From positions 151,113-215,112 of the forward strand of contig CP066697.1 of assembly GCA_016432625.1 (NCBI GenBank): DNA of 64,000 nucleotides. Direction: 5' to 3'. Of the stretch, positions 26,218 through 34,972 are shown piece after piece. A model generated the notes under the pieces. That model was not told where the DNA came from. It ran no database searches and saw nothing but the letters and a program-made list of their open reading frames with translations. Every line of letters begins with the position of its first letter. Position 1 is the stretch's first letter. This stretch comes from Candidatus Berkelbacteria bacterium. GTDB taxonomy: Bacteria; Patescibacteriota; UBA1384; 2-12-FULL-50-11. Position numbers and translations under genes: made by a program.

Positions 26218-26967
26218 ATGACCCTTCGAGAAACTTTACAATCCAATCGCCAACCCGACGTCGCCCTGGCGGACGACGTCGCCTTCGCCGTGATCGACTC
26301 GATCCGCCCGTTGATGGGCGCTGAACCACCTCCGGCTCGCGTCGACGGCGACCAAAGCCAACGGATGCGCTCCGCCCGCCTGGCCTACTTCATGCTTCGA
26401 GAACGAAGCGCGCACCTCGACACCTGTTTGCGCGTCATCGGTTCGGAAGAATTTCCGGTCGATGTACTCATTGCCGACTTGAAGGATGCCGAAAAGCGAC
26501 TTCATGCTCGGGCTCACAACGAGAACCAGACACTTAGTTGGCTGGGTCTTGCCGCTGTCGATTTCGATACGGTACTGATAGATGGGAACCAGCACGTCGA
26601 CTTCGACAAAGTCGTTTGTTACGGTTCCGCGACGCAAGAACAAGCCTTCTTTGGCACGATCGCCGGCCTGATGCCGCGACTGGCGTCCGAGGACAACACA
26701 AGCTTCACTAGTCACCTAGCAAAGTCTCTGTGCGCGGCCACGCGCCAGAAGCTCTGCAACGACTGGAACGGTACTGAGCTTTGTCTTGATGCCACGGCGT
26801 TCGGCTTCGCGCTGGGAACACGCGACCTGTATAGGCAGGCACAGACCCTGGCGTTCGAAAACAAGGAGCCGCTGCAACTGGATCATTTCGGCCGAGCAAA
26901 AGGCTGGGAGTCTCTCGCGCTTTTCGCGAGCTATCCGACGATCCGCGCCGCTATCCTGCCCAAATAA
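26218..26967 (+). CDS. Hypothetical protein (GC-rich insert between grpE and dnaK)
   Basis: 249-aa ORF with ATG start, on the strand opposite the chaperone genes, followed by a terminator. Confidence 0.5.
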   Translation: MTLRETLQSNRQPDVALADDVAFAVIDSIRPLMGAEPPPARVDGDQSQRMRSARLAYFMLRERSAHLDTCLRVIGSEEFPVDVLIADLKDAEKRLHARAHNENQTLSWLGLAAVDFDTVLIDGNQHVDFDKVVCYGSATQEQAFFGTIAGLMPRLASEDNTSFTSHLAKSLCAATRQKLCNDWNGTELCLDATAFGFALGTRDLYRQAQTLAFENKEPLQLDHFGRAKGWESLALFASYPTIRAAILPK

Positions 26968-26983
26968 GGCCATGCCCTGACTG

Positions 26984-27019
26984 AAAGCCCCTCCTCCCAC
27001 CATAGAGGCGGGGCTTTTC
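26984..27019 (+). terminator. Rho-independent terminator
   Basis: AAAGCCCC ... GGGGCTTT stem followed by a T run. Confidence 0.6.
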
Positions 27020-27106
27020 ACTATCCAAAAAAGTGCTCTAGCAACTGGATTTTCCCACTTTTTAAGATATAATTCGCACACGAACCTATCAGTTCAGGAG
27101 GCAGCT

Positions 27107-27658
27107 ATGCAGAAATTCACCCCGCTTGGCGGACCAATGCTTCAAGGCATTGAGATGCTAGCACGACAACACGGCCTTCGCGGCCAGTTCAGTATTCTCC
27201 TTGCCGTGCGAACGCAGGAAATGATTGCGGACCACGACGAGAGATGCAGCGGCTGGTCAGTAATGGCTAGCGCCCGCAAAGACGGGAAGATACTCATTTA
27301 CCCATGGATGTGGGAAAGGTTTCTTGAAGAGGACGTCGCGACTGCGGTTGGCTGGATGGCCAATACGCTCGCCGAGGAAATCGGGCATCTCATCGATTAC
27401 GAGCGGTTTCCGGCCTGGACGGAAAGCTTGCTGGATTGGCGGTTTCTGCTGATTCGCAATCTCCGAGACCGGCTCGGGAAATCGATCCCGCGCCTACAGC
27501 CGTCGCTCGTCAAGCTCTACGAATGGGCTTACAGGCGCAGCTTCTTTGAGAAAAGAGCGAAGCGCTTCGCCGAGGATCATGAAGAGCAGTACTTCGCTGC
27601 TATCTGGCCTCACTTCCACTACTACAGGGAGGTCTATCTCAACTTGTCACGGGAATGA
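27107..27658 (+). CDS. Hypothetical protein (GC-rich insert). It contains an AEEIGH motif that loosely resembles a degenerate HExxH/ImmA-type site.
   Basis: 183-aa ORF. AGGAGG lies 6 nt upstream of the ATG and a TATAAT lies further upstream. Confidence 0.55.
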   Translation: MQKFTPLGGPMLQGIEMLARQHGLRGQFSILLAVRTQEMIADHDERCSGWSVMASARKDGKILIYPWMWERFLEEDVATAVGWMANTLAEEIGHLIDYERFPAWTESLLDWRFLLIRNLRDRLGKSIPRLQPSLVKLYEWAYRRSFFEKRAKRFAEDHEEQYFAAIWPHFHYYREVYLNLSRE

Positions 27659-27681
27659 GCGTAAGCTTGTTCCCGTTTCCT

Positions 27682-28218
27682 TTACCCCTTTGAAACGCGG
27701 ACTTTGGCCGGTTTTATTACTTTGCCCTTAAGCATCCAGCCGGATTCAATTTCATCGATGACGGTTTCTGCTGGCAGGTCGCACGCTTCGTAGGAGATTG
27801 CTTCGTGCAAGTTATGATCGAAATGCGCCCCTTGGGTCGGAATGCGCGTCAGGCCGGCGTCGGCGACGATCGTTTCGAGCTGTTTTTCGATTTGGCGTAA
27901 ACCTTCAAAATAGGCGTGAATCTTTTGAAAAGCCTCTTCGCTTAAGGTTGTTTGGTCGTCGTCAAGTGAAATTGTCGGGGCGTGGGTTGAAGCGCGGTAG
28001 AAATTGTCCAGTACAGGGAAGAGTTTATGCAGCCAGTGGGCTAACGTCCGTTCCTCGAGCACGGCTCGGTCGTCGTGCATGCGCCGTTCTAGGTTAGAGT
28101 AATCCGCCGCCAAGCGTTTGCGACTGTTTTCGGCAGTTTCAAGTTTGGTCTTAATCTCGGCCAATTCTTTTTTGAGCTTATCGATTTCGTTGTCGTTTAA
28201 TTTCTTTTTAGGAGTCAT
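27682..28218 (-). CDS. grpE: Nucleotide exchange factor GrpE
   Basis: Coiled-coil N-terminus. DNFYRA (family DNFRKR-like position) and a C-terminal beta domain GWMLKGKVIKPAKVRVSK. Confidence 0.9.
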   Translation of the reverse strand: MTPKKKLNDNEIDKLKKELAEIKTKLETAENSRKRLAADYSNLERRMHDDRAVLEERTLAHWLHKLFPVLDNFYRASTHAPTISLDDDQTTLSEEAFQKIHAYFEGLRQIEKQLETIVADAGLTRIPTQGAHFDHNLHEAISYEACDLPAETVIDEIESGWMLKGKVIKPAKVRVSKG

Positions 28219-28279
28219 GTCAGGAGTATTCTAAAAGACTTTTGTATTAACTTCCAGCCTAAGGTATTACGATTAAAGC

Positions 28280-29482
28280 ATGGGCGTTACTGTTACGCCA
28301 TCACAAAAATTCCTTATTTTTTGGCTGGCCTTGATTGCCGGCCTGGCTGTGGGCTCAAAAATCGATTTGCCGGTGATGACTTTGTTCTGGCTTTTGGCGC
28401 TCTGGCTCTGCTTACTGATAAGTGGCCAACAGGAACGGGTGGAGTTGATCAGTATTATTATGAGCGCCTTTATCGGCGGCTTGGCGGTCTGGCAGCTCAC
28501 TGGTGGCGAGATCTGGTTCAAAGCTGGATTTTTGCAGGGGATTGTGGCGAAGTTAGAACAATTTCGTGACACGATTACTGATCGAATTTTTCTCGCAATG
28601 CCCGAACCGCACGGCTCCTTACTCACTGGGATATTACTTGGCAATCGGGTTAAGCTGGATCGTGACTTGCTAGAAACCTTCAGGGTCGTTGGTCTGAGTC
28701 ACCTTATCGCCGTTTCTGGATATAACTTGAGCATTTTAACCGTTAACGCGCAGGCGTTATTGCGGCCGTGGTTAGGGCGCCGCGCTGTCTTTTTGTCCTT
28801 CGCGCTAATTGTAGCTTTCGTTATCCTATCCGGCGCGCCGAGCTCAATCTTGCGCGCCGCAGTCATGGCATCGGCGTTGTTGCTGGCAACGTATTTGGGT
28901 CGCCCGAGGCGATCGATTAACATTTTGATTTTTGCGGCTGGGTTTTTGGCATTATTCGAGCCGAAGATAATTTTCGAGATTGGTTTTCAACTCTCAATCG
29001 CCGCGACATACGCCCTGGTACGACTGGCGCCGGTTATCGCCTGGTCGTTGGAGCGGTATCCAAAAATACCCGAAACATTACGTTTGATTATTGCTGAGAC
29101 GCTTGCCGCGACTTTAATGACCGCACCAATTTTAATCGCCTATTTCGAGCGCATCTCATTAGTCTCGCCGTTGTCCAATCTTTTAGTGCTGCCGATTATG
29201 CCGATACTAATGGGGATCGGCATTGCTGGGACGGCGTTAGTGCTGCTGGTGCCGGCGCTTGGTAATTTAGCTCTAATGCTTGGCTGGCCGCTTCTGGAAT
29301 GGATCATCCAAGTTTCGCACCGCCTGGGCGGCCTTGAACACGCTGTCGAAGCCGCCTCGCTGCCACTTTGGGCGACCGTATTGATTGTGGTGGGGATGGT
29401 TGTGGCGGTAGAGTGGCTCTTCCTCACTTGGCGGCGGCGCGTTCCGGACATCGCCGTTAACTTCCGTCTCGCACGAATATGA
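28280..29482 (+). CDS. comEC: ComEC/Rec2 DNA-uptake channel, membrane (competence) domain only
   Basis: Polytopic. LLTGILLGNRVKLDRDLLETFRVVGLSHLIAVSGYNLSIL is the ComEC competence-domain signature. Confidence 0.8.
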   Translation: MGVTVTPSQKFLIFWLALIAGLAVGSKIDLPVMTLFWLLALWLCLLISGQQERVELISIIMSAFIGGLAVWQLTGGEIWFKAGFLQGIVAKLEQFRDTITDRIFLAMPEPHGSLLTGILLGNRVKLDRDLLETFRVVGLSHLIAVSGYNLSILTVNAQALLRPWLGRRAVFLSFALIVAFVILSGAPSSILRAAVMASALLLATYLGRPRRSINILIFAAGFLALFEPKIIFEIGFQLSIAATYALVRLAPVIAWSLERYPKIPETLRLIIAETLAATLMTAPILIAYFERISLVSPLSNLLVLPIMPILMGIGIAGTALVLLVPALGNLALMLGWPLLEWIIQVSHRLGGLEHAVEAASLPLWATVLIVVGMVVAVEWLFLTWRRRVPDIAVNFRLARI

Positions 29483-30339
29483 GAACTATCCCGCAACTAA
29501 TCGGCGTCCTGACGCTGCTAGCGTTAATTGTTTTTGGTGCCAGCAAATATGATGCTCAGGAATCACACAACGACCTTAGGGTCTGGTTTTTTGACGTCGG
29601 CCAGGGCGATGCCATATTGCTCGATACTCCCGAGAATCAGCAAATCCTAATTGATGGTGGTCCGGACGGCAGTATCTTGCGCGAACTCAATAAAGCCTTG
29701 CCGTTTACCGACAAAGATATCGATCTCGTGATTGTTACCCACAACCACGCCGACCACATCACTGGAATTGTGGAAGTTCTGAGACATTATCAGGTTAAAG
29801 AAATTTGGCTGACGGGTGCCATTCACACCACGAATATCTTCCGAACAATGCTCGAGGAAATTAATAAACGCGGCGTTAAAGCCGAAGTTGTTGCTGCCGG
29901 AAAAACTATTAATTTCGGCAATTTGGGCGGCATAGTCCTCTACCCACTCGAAGCAAAGACCGGTTCGACACCGGAAGACCAGAACGCCTTATCGCTAGTA
30001 ACCTTCTGGCAGTACGGTGGGACAACCCTATTGATGACGGGGGACGCAGGCGTTGAGCAGGAGTCCGAGCTCTTAGGCCGCCAGTTACTTCGCTCGACAA
30101 CAATTCTAAAAGTCGGCCACCAAGGAAGTCACACAAGTTCAAGTGAGGCGTTCTTAAAACTAATCCAGCCCAAAGTTGGTGTTATCTCAGTGGGGGCGAA
30201 AAATCAGTACGGCCATCCGCACCAGGACGTCCTGGACCGTTACCTAAGTTTAGGGATACCGTTGCTACGCACCGATCAAGACGGGACGATCCGCTTCGAT
30301 ATAACGCTAGAGGGGTACTCATATAAAACTGGTCTCTAG
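29479..30339 (+). CDS. ComEC C-terminal metallo-beta-lactamase domain encoded as a separate ORF
   Basis: 4-nt ATGA overlap with the preceding ORF. N-terminal TM helix. FFDVGQGDAILL and HNHADH motifs. Confidence 0.8.
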   Translation: MRTIPQLIGVLTLLALIVFGASKYDAQESHNDLRVWFFDVGQGDAILLDTPENQQILIDGGPDGSILRELNKALPFTDKDIDLVIVTHNHADHITGIVEVLRHYQVKEIWLTGAIHTTNIFRTMLEEINKRGVKAEVVAAGKTINFGNLGGIVLYPLEAKTGSTPEDQNALSLVTFWQYGGTTLLMTGDAGVEQESELLGRQLLRSTTILKVGHQGSHTSSSEAFLKLIQPKVGVISVGAKNQYGHPHQDVLDRYLSLGIPLLRTDQDGTIRFDITLEGYSYKTGL

Positions 30340-30372
30340 TCCGTTCGGTTTTTGTCCGGTAAGATAAGATTA

Positions 30373-31101
30373 ATGTCGGGTCATTCTAAGTGGGCGCAAA
30401 TCAAAAGGCAGAAGGGCGTTGCTGACGCCCGTCGCTCGGCAACTTTCGGCAAACTAACATGCGCTATTACGATTGCTGCCCGCCAGGGCGCCGATCCGAC
30501 GATGAATTTTCAGCTGCGGATCGCTATAGACAAGGCCAAAGCTGCCAACATGCCCAAAGATAATATCGAACGAGCGATCGACCGCGGTAAAGGTGGTGCG
30601 GCCGGTGGCTTGGAAGAAATGTCGCTCGAGGCTTACGGCCCGGGCGGCACGGCGTACCTAATTGAGGCGGCAACTGATAACCGTAATCGGACAATCAGTG
30701 AAGTTCGTGCCCATCTAAATAAGTTCGACGGCAAGCTGGCGGAATCCGGCGCCGTCAAATACCTCTTCAAGCACGTCGGGCAGATTATTTATGAGACTGA
30801 TAAACCGGAGGAGCTAGAGCTCTCGGCGATCGACGCCGGGGCGACAGATGTTGAGCAAGACGGCGGGACGGTTGTGGTGACTACTGAACCGAAAGGGCTG
30901 GAAGCGGTGCGCCGTAACCTTGAGGAGCTTGGGTACGAGAGCAACGAGGTCGGCTTAGAATGGCACCCAACCGCAACTGTTCCAGTGACCGATCCGGCCA
31001 TCGCGAAGAAAGTTATTCATCTTAGCGAAGCTCTCGACGTACTTGACGACGTAACGCACGTCTCCAGTAACTTTGATGTACCCGCGGAGCTGATAGAGTA
31101 G
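30373..31101 (+). CDS. yebC: YebC/PmpR family transcriptional regulator
   Basis: MSGHSKWAQIKRQKG N-terminus (ATG at 30373) and a full-length family pattern. Confidence 0.9.
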   Translation: MSGHSKWAQIKRQKGVADARRSATFGKLTCAITIAARQGADPTMNFQLRIAIDKAKAANMPKDNIERAIDRGKGGAAGGLEEMSLEAYGPGGTAYLIEAATDNRNRTISEVRAHLNKFDGKLAESGAVKYLFKHVGQIIYETDKPEELELSAIDAGATDVEQDGGTVVVTTEPKGLEAVRRNLEELGYESNEVGLEWHPTATVPVTDPAIAKKVIHLSEALDVLDDVTHVSSNFDVPAELIE

Positions 31102-31107
31102 GACAGC

Positions 31108-31593
31108 ATGGAGGGCAAACGAATTCTTGGCATCGATCCGGGCACGACCAGGCTCGGTCATGGCTTGATAGAAATTATCGAAGGCAAACCGTCGCTAATT
31201 AATCACGGCTGTATTGAAACGACGCCGAACTCCCCCGAAACCCAAAAGCTGTCGCATATTTACGAAGAGATGGTTCGATTGGTGAAAGAAATCAAGCCGG
31301 ACTTAATTGCTGTCGAGATGATCTTTTTTGCTCGCAATTCAACGACTGCTTTTGCTGTTGGCCAGGCCCGCGGTATCGTTCTGTTAGTCGCGGCACAGGC
31401 TAATATCCCGATTGCTGAAGTTGCCCCCCTCCGCTTGAAAAAAATCTTGCTTGGCAATGGCACTGCCAAGAAAAAAGATATTCAACACTTTATTAAAGAC
31501 TACTTCGGCCTTGAGAAGATTCCGAAACCGGACGACGCCGCTGATGCTATTGCCGTGGCGCTGACGCAGTTTTTGGTACCAAAAGCGCTGTAG
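31108..31593 (+). CDS. ruvC: Crossover junction endodeoxyribonuclease RuvC
   Basis: ILGIDPGTTRLGHGLIE, plus a C-terminal PKPDDAADAIAVAL motif. Confidence 0.9.
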   Translation: MEGKRILGIDPGTTRLGHGLIEIIEGKPSLINHGCIETTPNSPETQKLSHIYEEMVRLVKEIKPDLIAVEMIFFARNSTTAFAVGQARGIVLLVAAQANIPIAEVAPLRLKKILLGNGTAKKKDIQHFIKDYFGLEKIPKPDDAADAIAVALTQFLVPKAL

Positions 31594-31679
31594 CTTTGGG
31601 CACTTTGACTGGATTCTACATCTGGAAAAGAGTATAATTTTTGCTACCACAGCTCCAGAATAAAAAAGAAAAGGAGAGC

Positions 31680-32909
31680 ATGTCTCCATTAAATACCCGC
31701 GGTAAATTAGCCGTCCGCCTTAAGGCGACGGAACCGCGCGTCCGGGTAATCTACGTCTCAACCTACATCCCACGCGAGTGCGGTATTGCGACGTACACCA
31801 AAGACCTTACTAATGCTATAAACCTGCTTAATCCTTATTGTCTGGCGGACATTGTTGCGATCGACGATCGCGATATGAACAAAACCAACTACCGCTACCC
31901 GTGGGAGGTGAAATATAAAATCCAGCAAAACAGCCCGAAGTCCTGGCGCGAGGCAGCCGCTTATATTAACCAGTCCAGCGCGGAGATTGTTCACTTTCAG
32001 CACGAATTTGGTATCTATAGTTCATCTGCTGGCTCTGCCGGTGAGCACGCCGTTTTGCTTGCTGAAGCGGTCAACAAACCGATCGTTGTAACTTTCCACA
32101 CGGTCTTGCCACGTCCAAGCAAGGCTCAACTAGCAAGTGTTCGTAAGCTCGCCAAGCTTGCCACGGCCATCACTGTTATGGTCGGTGCGGCGGTTAAACT
32201 TCTAGTAGATGTCTACGGCATCGACGAGAAGAAAATTGTTGTCATACCGCACGGCGTGCCAGACATTGGCTACACAACCACCAAAGGCGCCAAAGAGTAT
32301 CTAGGCCTCGGAGACGCGACGATAATTTCTGGTTTTGGCTTACTCAGCGAAGGCAAGGGTTATGAATACGCCATCGAAGCGATGCCCGCGATCGTCAAGC
32401 AAAACAGCAACGTCAAACTCCTCATCATTGGCGAAACTCATCCTGTTGTTCTTCGCCATCAAGGCGAGGCATATCGCCATAAACTCCACGCTCTAATTAA
32501 AAAACTCAAATTGTCACGTTCAGTAAAAATGGTAAATCGTTACCTGACGCTTGGGGAAATAATCGATTACCTAAAGGCGACAGATATATATATCACGCCG
32601 TTTTTGGGATTGGAACAGATTACTTCCGGCACGCTCTCTTATGCCATCGGTGCCGGTAAGGTCTGCGTTACTACGCCATATCGCTACGCGGAAGAGGTGG
32701 TGGACGACGATCGCGGCGTGTTAGTACCGCCAAGAGACTCGTGCGCAATGGCCGCGACTATCAACGATCTGCTCGCCCACCCAAGAAAGTGCTCGATTAT
32801 GTCCAAAAAAGCATATGCCTATGGGCGTAATATGATCTGGCCGAGCGTTGCCCTGAGGCATCTAGATCTCTTCGAGATCGTTAAAAAGGTTAGCTATGCT
32901 CGAGCTTAA
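31680..32909 (+). CDS. Glycosyltransferase family 4 (GT-B, group 1)
   Basis: ATG at 31680 preceded by AAAGGAGAG. C-terminal GT1-type region ITPFLGLEQITSGTLSYAIGAGKVCVTTPYRYAEEVV. Confidence 0.8.
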   Translation: MSPLNTRGKLAVRLKATEPRVRVIYVSTYIPRECGIATYTKDLTNAINLLNPYCLADIVAIDDRDMNKTNYRYPWEVKYKIQQNSPKSWREAAAYINQSSAEIVHFQHEFGIYSSSAGSAGEHAVLLAEAVNKPIVVTFHTVLPRPSKAQLASVRKLAKLATAITVMVGAAVKLLVDVYGIDEKKIVVIPHGVPDIGYTTTKGAKEYLGLGDATIISGFGLLSEGKGYEYAIEAMPAIVKQNSNVKLLIIGETHPVVLRHQGEAYRHKLHALIKKLKLSRSVKMVNRYLTLGEIIDYLKATDIYITPFLGLEQITSGTLSYAIGAGKVCVTTPYRYAEEVVDDDRGVLVPPRDSCAMAATINDLLAHPRKCSIMSKKAYAYGRNMIWPSVALRHLDLFEIVKKVSYARA

Positions 32910-33930
32910 AGAGTTTCGTAACCGGCCGGTACTTACCCACTTGAAACGCCTGACAACAAAAGACGGGCTAGTTCAGCACGCCGATAAAGAAGTCCCCGAC
33001 CCGAGTTTTGGGTACTCGATTGACGATAACGCCCGCGCCTTAATGGTCTGCCTCTGGCACCACAAGATATTCGGCGATGAGGCAATTCTACGGCTGGCCG
33101 AAATCTACTTTAACTACGTTAAAAAAGTCGAAAAAGACGGCGGAAGCTTTCACAACTTTCTTAGTTTTACCGAACAAATTTTGGATAACGAGGGCTCGGA
33201 GGACTCTATCGGCCGCGCGATTTGGGCCCTGGGAGAAGCATGTGCAGATTCACCGATGAAGTTCATGAAAGAAGCTGCAGAGGGGTCCTTGAAGCGCTCA
33301 GCGCTAGAGCATCACTTGGAGCATCCACATGTGCGGACAAAAGCATATGTTTTACTTGGTTTAATTTCAGCGAATGACGAAACAATGGCTCGAATTTGGG
33401 CCAATAAATTAGTCGATATTTTTCACGCTAATTCAAGTCCCGACTGGCAGTGGTTTGAGGAAGCTCTGCGTTACGCTAACGGCATTTTGCCGTACGCCTT
33501 GGCGAAAGCTTACATTTCTACCAAAGACAAACGATACCTGGAAATTTCAGAGCAATCTTTCCGTTGGTTGAATGGAGTCTCAAGGCTCGATGACAAGCCT
33601 GCACCGATTGGCCAGAACGGCTGGTACTTCAAGGATGGTGACAAAGCTGAATACGACCAACAGCCACTAGAGGCGGCCGACATGGTTCTTGCTGCCACGG
33701 CGCTCTACGAGGCAACGAAAAACGAGGAGTTTCTACGAAACGCCCTTGAATGGATGAGTTGGTATCACGGCAATAACACCGCTAATAAACCGCTCATTAG
33801 CGAACAGACTGGCGGCATATACGACGCTGTGACGCCAGGCGGTGTCAACGAGAACCAAGGAGCCGAGTCGATCGTCACATATTTGCTGGCCTACCTTGCC
33901 TTGTCCGAGATCGCTCATGAGTCCGCATAA
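32896..33930 (+). CDS. Hypothetical protein, possibly an (alpha/alpha)6-barrel glycosidase-like fold
   Basis: 344-aa ORF overlapping both neighbours. Helical-repeat composition with a DDNARALMV motif. The fold call is recall-based and tentative. Confidence 0.45.
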   Translation: MLELKEFRNRPVLTHLKRLTTKDGLVQHADKEVPDPSFGYSIDDNARALMVCLWHHKIFGDEAILRLAEIYFNYVKKVEKDGGSFHNFLSFTEQILDNEGSEDSIGRAIWALGEACADSPMKFMKEAAEGSLKRSALEHHLEHPHVRTKAYVLLGLISANDETMARIWANKLVDIFHANSSPDWQWFEEALRYANGILPYALAKAYISTKDKRYLEISEQSFRWLNGVSRLDDKPAPIGQNGWYFKDGDKAEYDQQPLEAADMVLAATALYEATKNEEFLRNALEWMSWYHGNNTANKPLISEQTGGIYDAVTPGGVNENQGAESIVTYLLAYLALSEIAHESA

Positions 33931-34879
33931 ATTGGGCGTCATTGGCGCTGGGGCTTTTACGGACTTCGCACTCCAAGGTTACAAAGAGCATCTCGACACG
34001 CTTGAATTAACAGCGATCACCGACCCTAAATTGGAGCTCGCCAAGAGTCTGGCCGCAAAATATGGCATAAAAAAAGTATATGCTTCGAACGAGGAGTTGT
34101 TTCAGGATGAGAGTATCAGTATCGTTTTGATCCTGACGCCGCCTAACACTCATTTTGTACTAGCCAAGCAAGCGCTCGAACATGATAAACATGTGTTAGT
34201 CGAAAAGCCGATCGCCTTTAAGGAAGATGACGCCCTCGAGTTAATCAACTTGGCAGACGCAAAATCCAGACAACTTTCCGCCAACCTAGTTTTGCGCCAC
34301 CACCCATTCCACAGAAAAATTGCCGACTACGTTCAGAACGGCTCGCTGGGTAAACTAGAGAGAATCGAGTCGGTCGCTAAACTTGCCGCTTATCCGGTCG
34401 GCCACTGGTACTGGGACGCCAAGATCAGCGGCGGGTTTTTCCTGAACACTTTTTGTCACTTCTTAGACTTGTATGATTTCATCTTTGGCTTGTCGCCAGG
34501 CAGTCTTGAGTCCTCAGGAAGTACCGACAAGGTCGTGACAATTAAATCAACCTATCCTGACGGCCAGAGCGCGACGCTTCAGGCAGATATCCACGTCAAG
34601 AACGAAGACGAGTTTGTGGAGACCGTCTATTTTTTCGAAAAAGCCGTCATTAAAACCCGTGGCTGGCTGCCAGAAGAAATGGCTATAGAGCAAGACGGCG
34701 CACTCAAGACCTGGCGAAATGATGAAAAGTTGCCACTTTATCGCCAGCTACTCGCCGAAATTATGGAGGAACTACTACGACGCGTTGATAATCCCGCCGT
34801 GAAGACGCTCATAACTCACCAGGCCTTGCTTCAAGCGGTCAAGAGCCCTACAAGAGCAGAGCATAATTGGTTAAGCTAA
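33917..34879 (+). CDS. Gfo/Idh/MocA family oxidoreductase
   Basis: The ATG at 33917 gives MSPHKLGVIGAGAFTDFAL (Rossmann GxGxxG). EKP motif (VLVEKPIA). Confidence 0.75.
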   Translation: MSPHKLGVIGAGAFTDFALQGYKEHLDTLELTAITDPKLELAKSLAAKYGIKKVYASNEELFQDESISIVLILTPPNTHFVLAKQALEHDKHVLVEKPIAFKEDDALELINLADAKSRQLSANLVLRHHPFHRKIADYVQNGSLGKLERIESVAKLAAYPVGHWYWDAKISGGFFLNTFCHFLDLYDFIFGLSPGSLESSGSTDKVVTIKSTYPDGQSATLQADIHVKNEDEFVETVYFFEKAVIKTRGWLPEEMAIEQDGALKTWRNDEKLPLYRQLLAEIMEELLRRVDNPAVKTLITHQALLQAVKSPTRAEHNWLS

Positions 34880-34972
34880 GTCTCAGGGAGGGAACCAATC
34901 GAACAATACGGCGAGTTTTCCCATCAGGGAGACGAATACATTATCTATCGGCCTGATACGCCCAAACCTTGG

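Noticed and set aside
25991-26329. 112-aa minus-strand ORF upstream of dnaK
   Set aside because: As a whole it spans the dnaK promoter and overlaps the plus-strand 249-aa gene, and its composition is implausible. Only its last 21 codons, with their own ATG and SD-like tract, were kept as a uORF candidate.
26005-28279. Search for a CIRCE element (HrcA operator) or a HAIR element (HspR operator) near dnaK and grpE
   Set aside because: Neither TTAGCACTC-N9-GAGTGCTAA nor CTTGAGT-N7-ACTCAAG, nor close variants, were seen in the dnaK or grpE upstream regions. The different palindrome TGTAAAG-N4-CTTTACA is reported instead.
28219-28279. Small palindrome AAAAG-T-CTTTT upstream of grpE as a possible fourth operator copy
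   Set aside because: Arm sequence, arm length and spacing all differ from TGTAAAG-N4-CTTTACA, so it is not counted as a site.
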